The notes below the pieces were generated by a model that saw only the letters and a program-made list of their open reading frames with translations, was not told where the DNA came from and ran no database searches. Positions 34,201-44,760 of a stretch of 64,000 bases of DNA are shown piece by piece. Position 1 is the stretch's first letter. Every line of letters begins with the position of its first letter. Position numbers and translations under genes: made by a program. The stretch is from Psammoneis japonica (lineage: Eukaryota): assembly GCA_008632985.1 (NCBI GenBank), contig QPGO01000117.1:1-64000 (forward strand). Direction: 5' to 3'.

Positions 34201-37200
34201 TTGGGAGTGTGACATCCACGGCAGCTCAGCTGGTGCTGAAGAGTGGTTGCTTGCAACAGAGTTGCCAGAGCAACTCAATCCAAGATTGGGTTGCCAGCCC
34301 CCAAAGCCTGTAAAAATTCAAAGTGAAGAGCTGGCCCACAAAATGCTCTGCTTCTGGAGTTGTTGTTTTGAGAGCTTGGCAGAGCTCCAGACCCATTGCT
34401 GAGGGCAGTTTGCTCTGTTGAAAAGGAGCACTTCCAGCTTTGCCAGTCTCCAAGTCCATTGAATCTCCACAGTGCTAAAAAATGCAACACCTTCATTGAG
34501 CGAGAGTGGGCAGAGCCCAGAAAGGGCAGTGCTGCCTCAAGCTTTAAACAAGGGTTTTTGCATCTGTGTGGGCACCCCCTTTTTGTCATCAAAGCAGTTG
34601 CCAGTGGGCACTCCAGTGACTTTGGAACACCTCCTGTCAGCAACAGCAGCAACTCTGCATGGGCGAGGTGACCACATTGCACCTCATCACCCCACTCCAC
34701 TTTGTGACCTTTGCTTGCATTGCACCTCTGCCTTTGCCCTCAAGTTGCCATCCACAGTGACCCACACCATCTGCAAAAACTTTCCTTGCTTCCTGGGCCT
34801 CTGTGGCTGGTCAAAGGTGTCATTCTGCCTCTTTGCAACCCAGGAGGGGGACACCACCTGGCATTTGCTCTGTCATCTCCATTGTCTGGCAGCACTGTCT
34901 GTTGGTTTCCCACACCACTTGAAAGGGGCCAGCAGCCAGAAGCTTTCATCTGACCCAAGTGCTTGTCCAGCAGCAGCACACTCTCTCCCTTCCCCCAACA
35001 GTCAACCACATGCTGAGTGCCGCCAGAGTGCCACCACCTTCTTGCAATGGGTTGCCTTGCCACCTGCTGACATGTCTGGCAGATCTGCGCCATCCACAAA
35101 TGTGTGGAAGGTGCAGCGCTCATTTTGTGTCTGTTTCTAAAAGGCCGCATTGCTTTGATTTTGCTGCTTTGTTTTTCACATCAGCTGTCATGATGTTTGA
35201 CAATTGACTTCATGGCTGGACACAAAGGCAAAGTTTTGAAAAGTCAAAAACCAAAGTTTTCTGGGCCAATTTTGACAATTTGAGGTGACTCATTTTGAAA
35301 AATGGGCTCTTTGGAGCTGCTCTGAGATCTTTTGTCTTGGTGCATCGTGTGCCACAGACCACGGGGGTTGGGAGAATGCACAATTGTCTGTGTGGCTGTG
35401 GATCTTGCAATGGGTGGGCCTTGATCTGAGCTGAGGGCATCAGATGCTCACCGGTCATTTTGTGCACACATGCGCACAAAACAACAGACTGTCTCTGTGT
35501 GCCTCTGGAGCATGCCACCCAGAGGCTCACTCCACAACTTCTGAGCTGCTGGTTGGAAGCAGTGCCAAAGGAGGCAAAAACAGCAAAAACAGCCAGTGCT
35601 TCTGCAGAGCCTCGGGCCAAGCCTCTGCCAAGTGAGCATGGGGCAAGTGACAAGCTGGGGCAGCCACCCGCAGCTTCAAAGTGTGGCTTTGCTGTTGTGT
35701 TGTGGCAAGCATGCTGGTGCTGCTCTGACCCAGACCATTGTGCCACTTCATTCATTTTTTTGACATCTCATGCACTGATGTCACTTTGTGAGCCATGCAT
35801 CCATTTCATTGCTTCAAATCTTGAAAAGTGTCTGTTTCATTTGGTTTCATGCGTTTGTTGTGTTTTGTTTGAAAATTTCAAACTGCATGACATTTTTGAA
35901 GCCACCATGCAAACCACATGCTGGTCATGGTGCACAACCAAGTCACAGGGCTGGAACATGTCAGCATGATGTTCCTTGCACATGACAGAATGCAAAGGCA
36001 CAGCAAGTTTCCTGCCAGGAAAGATGGGAAGCTGGCTGGTGCTGGCATCAGCAACATCTTGGAAAGCCCTCCTCAATTAAGAGCACCAGGCATCTCATGG
36101 CTGTGCTGATTGTGTCATGTGAAGACACACACATTGATCTGTTTTCAGCACCCTGCAAACAGGAATGCACAGCCAGGGATGGGGTGACACACTCTCAGCT
36201 TCCAGGGCACACAGGGTGCTCAAAACCACAGAGCTTCTTGGACACCTCTGTGCAATCAGAGATCCATCCAGCACAGAAAATCAAACACCCAGGTCAGGAG
36301 ACAGATGTTGGGTCATGCCTGTTTTGACACACAAAAAAATCCAGCAAAGTCTGAACCCATGTGGCAGTCAACTTTTGCTGGCCCTCAGATGGAAATGCAG
36401 AGTGAGGATGCCTTGCTGATCTGTGCAGTGCCCTTGAGACAATGTCAAACGCACTTGCCTGCTGGAACATGGGAGGCTTGTGAAGCATGCAAGAGCCATG
36501 TGACCTGATCAGCTGTGCAACAAGCAAGCTGGCTTTGGACAGCTCTGTTTTCTGTGGTCACATTGGTGCAGCTGCAATTGCTGGAGTTTTTGTTGAAAGA
36601 AGAGCTCATTGTTCATCCTCTGCAACTGGCACAGGAGTCATGGGGACTGGTGCTGCATCTCACAGCCTTCCTTGGTTTTGGGGTCATCCAGTGCACAATC
36701 AACCCACAGCACAACAGCAACCCTGTTAAAAGAGTTGCCCAAATTTGTTGAACAATGCTTGCTGCCTGTCTCTTGCCATCACATGAGACATTTGAGATCA
36801 TGGTGTGTGCGCGGTTGAAGGGGCCAGTGTGCTTCAAGTGCACAGGCACACTTTCCGGCAATGCAGAACTGCAAACTGATGCAAATTGTCTTGATTTTTT
36901 CCTTGCGCAGGGGCTTCATCCACAAAGGATTGCTTGAGAAAAAATCAAAGGGGTGGCTTTGCCGTGCTGAAAAATTAAAAAAAGATTGAAAAAGTTGCAT
37001 TTCTTGCCCAAGAGAGATGTTGTAGTTTCACAGCTTGCTGCCCAGTGTGCATTTGGTTTCACTGACCCCAAATTCATCATGTGGCTTTCAAACACATTCC
37101 AATGCTGTCAACCTCTGTTGCCACATTGGCCGGGTGCAAAAGCCAAAAGGTGAGCACAAGACCCACTCAACCCAAGTTGCAAATGCAAATTTGCCACATT

Positions 37201-37379
37201 GATCACAATCGTCAATGTGTCTTCCACTGCAACTTTGTTTGTCTCTGTCCCACAAAATCTGCCTCCAACCCCAATGTTCCAAAACACTCCTTTGCACAAG
37301 CCATCAATCGACTGGCCTTGTGTGTGTCAAACACAGGAGGACAACACTTGGAATCCATGCCACAATCCAATGCCACATC

Positions 37380-38420
37380 GACTGTTCCACCAATTCCCAT
37401 GGTCTGCATCATCCAACTCCATCAACAAATGACTGTTGTCAGGACAATCCTTTCTCACATGCCCAACCTCATTGTGTTTCCAGCATCCAGTCTGCTTCTT
37501 CTTCTTGTGTGCAAAACTTGTGCCTTCCTCAGGTTTTTTGTTGGTCCTGCTGGTGTCCAACAACCACCTGTGGTGCCTCCTTGGCTGAACTGGGACAAAT
37601 GTCACCCCCCAATGTGAGCTGCTGATGAAGGTCTTTCAAGACATGCCAACATTCCTTGGCACCTTCCACTGGCATCACCGCTGACAAGAGCTTGTTCCTT
37701 TCTTTGTTCCAGGTGTCACAGGCTTCCTTGCTGAACCCATCTTGTCTCTCAGCAATTTCTTCCAGGATGGTCCTGCCATGGGACATCTCTGCTGCTTCAG
37801 CCATGTTCACAAACCAATTGTGATGATCTTGAAGTGCCTCTCCCTTGTCTTGACAAATGAGGGCCAACTGCTTCAAAGCCTTGACAGCCTGGGCATGCAA
37901 GTTTGTCTTCTCATTTGCATCAAACAAGATTGACTTGAGAACATCCAGCAGTGCCACCACTCCCCGCTCCTCAGCAACTCTTGCAAACTCTGCCACTCCT
38001 TCAATTTTGTGATGAATGGCCTTTGCACATTGCCCCACAATTGTGCTGAACACCCTCACCTTCTGCATCTTGCAGACCATGTTCTGTTTGGCACAGTGAC
38101 CACATTGCTTGCCCCCAGATTGCCTTGTCCTTCTTTGACAACATGGTGTCTCCCAATGGACAATCCAGATCTGTTGGCATGCTCTCCTGCCTCACAGATG
38201 CCAACACCTGCATCTTGTCTGGCCCAAACATTCTTCCAACAACACTCAACAATCTTCCTCATGGTTTCCATGTGACCTCTGCCTGTCATCCTGACTTGGC
38301 AATGGTGTCATGCACCCACTCCTTCAAATCTTTTGTGCTTTTGCACTCAGCTGTGTCCTTGCCCATGTTTTCTGGGACTTGTGTTGGAGTTTTGCTGCTT
38401 GCCAACTGCTGCACACTCTG
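37380..38420 (-). mobile_element. Copia (CoDi-like) gag relic with zinc knuckle
   Basis: KVRVFSTIVGQC...LLDVLKSILFDANEK...LKDLHQQLTLGGDICP, followed by CWKHNEVGHVRKDCP (degenerate CX2CX4HX4C). Confidence 0.75.
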
Positions 38421-38562
38421 TCTTGCCAGCCCCAACATGGCCTCACCACACCCTCTTTCAGCAGACCCTTGGCAGCTTCTTTGACAGCAAGGCCCTCAAG
38501 AGATTGTTTCTTTGCCCTCATCCAGCTGACTCGCTCATCACAATCTGCCAACACAAGGCATG

Positions 38563-38655
38563 CCTTTGGATTCCTGTCAACTTCCAGCTTTTCCTTTGGA
38601 TTCCTGTCAATCTCCCAGCCCTTGACTTTGGATTTCTGTCAACTTCCCAGCCTTT
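38563..38655. repeat. Three tandem copies of a ~31-bp unit
   Basis: ctttggattcctgtcaa...ccagc occurs three times. Confidence 0.8.
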
Positions 38656-39009
38656 CAACAACACCACTCCTTTGAGTGTAATGCCATGCCTTTTTAGCTT
38701 GTCCCGTGTTGTCAGAGTTTCACAGCTTGCTGACCACCACATGTGTGTTTTTGGTCTTGCCAACCCCAAACACACCATGTGGCTCACAAACACATTGCTG
38801 ATGGTGCTGTCAGCTGCTGTTGCCATGTTGTGCAGAAGCAAAATGAAGTGAGCACAAGACCCACAAGAACTCAACCCGAGTCATGAAAGCAAATTTGCCA
38901 CATTGTCCACAGTTGACAGTGTGTCTTGCTTCCATTGCAACTTTGTCTGTCTGTCCTGCAAAAAGTGCCTCTGACCACAATGTTCTGACAAAAGAAAGCA
39001 GTGCCCTTG

Positions 39010-40700
39010 ATGATGATGGTGCTGTGCATTGCTTTGAAAGGCACCAGGCATCAGATTCAAAATCAAACAGGGGACCTGCTCTCTCAGCCAGCCAAGCTTC
39101 AGCACAATGCTGAAGAGCTGCTTGCTCTGGACACAGCCTGTGTCCAAAAATTGCAACTTCAGAAATGACAAAAAACCAACAAAATGGGAAATTACAAATT
39201 TGCAACAAACCCAACTTCATGGTGTGAAACCATTTGGAAGGCAGCTTCTCCACAATCTCTGCTGCCTCATTGGGTGACTCTGAAAGCACCAAGCTGCTGT
39301 TGCATGGCTTTGTGCCCATCAGGTCCTTTTCCTTCACCAAATTTGGACACCTGCTGCAAACCAGCCACTCAGCTCAGGACAAGTGGGCAAACCTTTCTTT
39401 CACAATCACTCAAAAGATCCAGCAAAGAACAGGTTTGGAAATTCCACCCCCTGCATTGGTGATTGAAAAGGTCAATCTTTTGCTGCACACTGCCACACCC
39501 GCAGACTGTTTTTTTGGGCAAAGAACTTTGTGCAGCTTGAGAAAATTGTCTCAGGATCAAAACCAGCATGAGGTCCTCTTCTTGGTGCCAAAGGCATTTG
39601 GTGGTGCACTGGAAAAACCCAACATTTCACAGGCTTGGAAAGACTGATGAAAGTTTTGCCAGTGCTGCAAAGGTGTTTGCACATGACTTGAGAACACCAA
39701 ATCATCAATTTGGATGACATGGGTTGCCCACATGTTTGGCGTTTGGCGGTTGGGTCTCAATCCAATGGACTGACTGTGTCTCCTCCCTGCACCCATCAGA
39801 TTGAAGTTTTGGATCATCACAATCATTGCAGAAACATGTGGTGCACAGAGCCAGATTGCAGCCACAACCCAACTTGGTTTGGCCTCAGCCAGACAGTTTT
39901 GTGTGTTTGTTGCATGGCTCATGCAGCAGCAAGGCAGTGTGGCATGCTGCAGATGCAGCCTGGTTTGATGCAATGAGGAGCAAGATCTTTCCTCTTCCCT
40001 GACAATTGATTGACCCCTCTGCAATCCAATGGAGCCAGAATCATCACAGCTGCAGCCAGCAGCCAGATCATCTTTTTGCAAGATTTCTCCATGACTCAGA
40101 TGGCAGTGTCTTCTCTGTCCCCTTTCTTGACTGGCTGACCCTCTGGCCAACTTGTCACACAACTGCTGTGGATGATCAGCTGGATTGTTGCATGGCTGCC
40201 AGTTGCTCCTGAACCCACGGCACATCTTTCTCAACAATTTTGCTGCCCACGCATCATTGGACCCAAATCTGCCATCCAACTGAGTCATGGGGTGCTTTCA
40301 TTGTCATCTTTGTTGAGGGTGTGCACTGCAAACCTCTGCCTCTGTCTTGTTGTCTTTGCAGATGTGGGTTCTCCACAGCCAACAAACACCAAACAGTGAA
40401 TGTGGCTGTCACAGGCAACAACCCTGACCTTGGCACAGCTTCAAGCACTGACTCTGTCCAATGCCCAAGTGGTCTGCATCAATTGCTTCCTGCCACACAA
40501 TGACCAACCAGGTTTGGAGGGGTGTCCAGCTTCATCAAAAGACAGCCAGGTTCATGTTTCATCACTCCATCCCTGAGTGCTCCAGAGTTGTCTTTGTCCC
40601 ATCTCCCGCTGCAACATCCGACATTGTTGCTGCGCTCAACTGTTTGTGACAAAGGCCATTTTTTCAGAGGTGCTCACCTTTGTGGCAGAGTTTGCAAAAC
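39010..40700 (+). repeat. Diverged ~1.7-kb direct repeat, copy 2
   Basis: Collinear similarity to 32600-34200. Confidence 0.8.
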
Positions 40701-41348
40701 AACTCATGCAGTCTGTTGGAACATTGGGGCTGGAGAGGCAGTTTTCACATGACAGAGAGACAAGCTGCAGCTTGAGATGTGCTGGCGGCAATTGTAGACA
40801 GCATGGCAAGTTTGGCGCGCTTGCAGCTCAGATTGAGTTGCGGGTCTTGTGCTCACATTTTGGCTTCTGCACCCAGTTGACATGGCAATGACAGCTGGCA
40901 ACATCTGCCAATGTGCTTGCAAGCAACGCAGCTGGGCGTCACAGGAGGCGAGACCAAACGTGCGCCAGCTGGCAAGCTGTGAAACCCCAAAACTGTCAGA
41001 AAACATGGCGCCATCCTCCCAAAGTTTGTGAGAGCTCACGCAGCTGGCAACGGCAACTCAACTGCTTTTGCAGAGCCTTGGGCCGAGGAGCTTCTGTGAA
41101 GTGAGTGCAGAAGTGACTGGCTGGGGCAGCCACCCACAAAAACTCCAAAGCATGGCTCTGCGCTGTTGTGTTGTGATGTGCACACTGGTGCTCTGACACC
41201 ACCCAGAGTTGTGTGTTGAAAGCAAAGCCAGGCGCAGCTGAGCTTGCCACAGTCGCCAGCCACAGAAGGCTGGGCAGTTTTTGAGATTGAAGTGGAGCGT
41301 GTGCACTGGCAGACCTTTGCACCACTTTGTTTTTTGCTTTGCTTGCTA

Positions 41349-41582
41349 CCCTGCACAAGAAGTCTGGAATGTTGAACTGCGTAGAAACCGTCGTAGAATC
41401 AGCACCAGGGTGGTCAAAAAAGTCTGGAATATCCGATTTTGACAGAAAACACGTAGAATCTGGTGTAGAGTCAGTACCAGGAATATCCAGAAAAACACGA
41501 AAAATCCCGCTATTCCAGACTTTATTGGCTTTTCTGGTACAAATTCTACGCAGGAATGATGTTCCAGACTTTTTGTATCGGG
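41349..41582. mobile_element. MITE (234 bp) with TA TSD, Tc1/mariner-type
   Basis: Imperfect ~40-bp TIR: CCC..ACAAGAAGTCTGGAA..CTGCGTAGAA vs the reverse complement of the right end. TA lies on both sides (41347-48, 41583-84). Internal AGTCTGGAAT and CGTAGAA repeats. Confidence 0.82.
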
Positions 41583-42057
41583 TAGCTTGGCATGCATGTC
41601 ACGCACTGACAGATGATGTCACTTTGCAGTGCATCCGTTTCATTGCTTTAAAAATCTTAAACTTTGTCCGTTTTTATGCGTTTTGTTCGTTTGTTGTTTG
41701 TTGTTTTTGAATTTCAAACGGCACGGCATTTTTGAATTTTGAAACTCGCCCGCCCGGGAATTCCCTCGCATGCTTGCATCATGAATTTATTAGAGAATGA
41801 TGTGGTGGTAATAAACAATGACACGTTGACTAAGGTGGCTGGATCTGTATGTGACATCCATCATTTTTAAAAATATAAATGAAAACGACACACCTCTCGC
41901 ATCATGACCGTTGTGATCTGCAGTATCAGTTTTCAGTCACACTCTGTTATGCTATGCTAGCTAGCTAGACTGCAGCAAACGTCAACCTCTTCATGCTGCA
42001 AGCAAACGTTGGTTGAGCAAACTGCTCACAAATTTCAAGTCTCTCGAAATCAAACCA

Positions 42058-44369
42058 ATGTTGTTGACGATGCAGATGATTAGCAAGCTTCTTCTGGTGT
42101 CAGCCGCGATGTGTAGCGCCTGCTGCAAATCTGCCTTCGCTCAAGACAATGAGGTGAGACACTTCCTACTGCATTGCAGTCTTTATCAGCGGAGAAGTGG
42201 GTATCCTCTTATTGTCTCCCATGCTAATTCTCCGGCATTCGTTGTTACTGCATTGTTCTCACCTCTGTCGTTTCCATTCTCGCCTTTTGCGTGGCGACAA
42301 TCTTTCATAATCAAAGATGGTCGATGACAATGCCGGCGTCAAAATGCACAACCTTCGTCATGGTACTGGTGCCGTTGATATCTTTCGACCTCGTAGTCTC
42401 GTTGACAAGGAGAGTATTCCGGGTCACCGTGACTTGGGAATCGACGAGACTGGCATTGTCCCGGTTGGCAACACCAACGGAGTACCTCCAGGTCGAACGG
42501 CATCGCTTTTTTCAGGCGACTTGATGCTGACTAGATCGGAAGCCGAAGACTTATACTCGACAGAATTTATATATCAGCTTGAAAGTGAAGACTTCCAGTT
42601 TTTGGATCTTGATATTCCTACTGGACCTGACCGGCGTGATCTTGCGGTGAGACTTGGAAGACTCTGGCCAGATCGCAATGCAGAGGGACGTTTGGAAGTT
42701 TATTATCGATTCGACCCAACTACGATTCCACCTACTGCTGCTACTCGGCGAACTGCTGCTCGGAATGCCATGGATCGGTTGGAAGACTCCGGAGTCGTTC
42801 GGTTTGTTGAAAGAACTACCGAGGCAAATTTCTTTGAGTTTGCAAACCTCGATGCGACCACCTGCTACTCCACACAGGTTGGTTGGAATGGCGGAGTTGG
42901 GCCTCAGTCCGTCATTAATTTGGGATTTTGTAACAGCAACACCCCAAATGACCAAAGCGACATCATGCATGAGATATTCCATACATTGGGATTTTGGCAT
43001 GAACACTCACGACCGGATCGCGACAGCTTCATTACCATTACTTCGACTGTGGCGAACAGCAACTGGGCAATTTTAGCAGCCGCAGATGTTGATAGCCTTG
43101 GCTCTGCCTATGACTATGCATCCTTCATGCATTACCCTACTGGCGCTTTTAGTGGAGACTTCACCTTCACTTTGGACAATACACAGCCCGCCTGTCTCAA
43201 TACTATCGGGGTAGGTCACAAAAGAGGCCCTAGCTGGGAAGACATTGAACAGTTACGTCTCCGATACCATTGTGCGGCTGGCTCTCGCACCGGACCAGTG
43301 AACATTGCTGACTACTGCACCACGGATTGTCAATGCTGGGAAAATGCGCTCGGAGATTGTGACAGCGACAACGAATGCCAAGGTAAGGCAGCTATTGTTT
43401 CGAAAATAAGACGGGAAAGTAAAACACTTTTCTCTCACTTTTCATTTTGCTTGTTCCTTTTCAGGAGATCTTATATGCGGCGAGGCCAGGGATCCAGGTC
43501 CAGAAAACTGGATCTGCGAACCAATGGTCCGTGTTCTCCCAGAAAACATGTGCCGTGTAAACACTCAACCCGTGGCTTCATGCCAGGATGTCACCAGGTC
43601 TGCGAATGCTAATTGTGCTTACGAGGTTCAACTCAGTGATGTTGACGCCGGTTCTTTCGATCCCGATGGTCATGTCAACCCTCCCACAGTTGAGCTCATT
43701 ACCCTGGGTGGCACCACTCTTTCACTCGGACAGACAGCCGTCCAAGTCAGAATTACGGATACAAGCCCTCCGTTTCTCTTTGACGAGTGCACGGCTCGTG
43801 TGACAGTCGTTGACACCACCGCCCCGACTATCACATGTCCGGCAGATATCACCGTGAACAACGATATCGGGGACTGCGGTGCTGTGGTCCCGTATTCATT
43901 ACCAGATGCACAGGACAACTGTTTAACAGCTCTGACGCGGACCGCCGGTCTCGCCCCCGGTGCGCGCTTTCCTGTTGGAACTACAACGGTGACGTACCAA
44001 GCCATTGATCAAGGCTTCCTCACGGCCTCCTGTAGCTTCACTGTCACTGTCGTCGACAACGAGGCACCCACGGCACAGTGTGTTCCAGATCCGGACTCCC
44101 CAATTTTCCATTTTGTTGATCGCTGGATTGTAAGCGCCACTGACAACTGCGGAGTTACGGGCTTTGGAGTTCGGAATGCCGGCGACGATGCCTTTCCTGG
44201 TCCTTTCGATGCGACAGGTACAAAGATCAAGTACATCGATATCCCAATTTGTAAGACTTTACAGTCCGAAGGAATAACAGAAGTTGATTACAAACTCACG
44301 GGGTGCGGCCCTCCGAAGGTGTTTGCATCCGATCTCGCAGGTAATACCGGCATTGTTGCCTGCTCCTAG
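42058..44369 (+). CDS. Secreted astacin-family (M12A) zinc metalloprotease with C-terminal HYR domains; introns approx. 42154-42316 and 43383-43465
   Basis: Signal peptide, HEIFHTLGFWHEHSRPDRD, Met-turn SFMHY, and HYR motif DTTAPTITCPADI...FPVGTTTVTYQAID. Confidence 0.9.
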
Positions 44370-44760
44370 GCATGGCCAGAATGACAACATGCTGTAACGA
44401 TAATGTCAGTTTCAGATGGACACACGACATCAAAACATCAGTTAAACTAAACCAGTCGATACCAATAACACAAGCTATTAGCGCTCTTTGCACTGAATAT
44501 ACGGTATATGAGTTCCTACTTCTGAACTCGCAAGCACGTTTTAGTTGAAGAGGAAGATAGATACCGGTAGCACTAGAGATAGAGCGCGCGCCCGGGCTCG
44601 GAGGGCGGACATCTTCAGGTTGCGTTTGTCCGAAGCCTTACTAGCAGCCAAACACTGAAAACATGAAGAAGGCTATCAACCTTGTACGGTGCTAATCATC
44701 ACGTATCACGTTGCAGGTTTGTCTTCGACACAATGGTGAAGCGCCATTGGAGAACCGACA

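Larger units (their letters stand above)
15880..41340. other. TpA-depleted domain B (nested TE relics), interrupted by a TA-rich island at about 20.4-22.15 kb
   Basis: TA is nearly absent and older segments also lack CG. ORFs here are Cys/His-rich, Tyr-poor and end mostly in TGA. Confidence 0.9.

Noticed and set aside
22830..41340. Dozens of Cys/His-rich ORFs resembling zinc-finger or metallothionein proteins
   Set aside because: They are by-products of TG/CA enrichment and loss of TAA/TAG. They overlap on both strands and cross TE boundaries (e.g. 31147-32532 spans the TRIM).
15880..41340. Classical fungal RIP or simple 5mCpG decay as the full explanation
   Set aside because: RIP creates TpA whereas TpA is lost here. 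CpG is conserved between LTR copies that already differ at TA sites.
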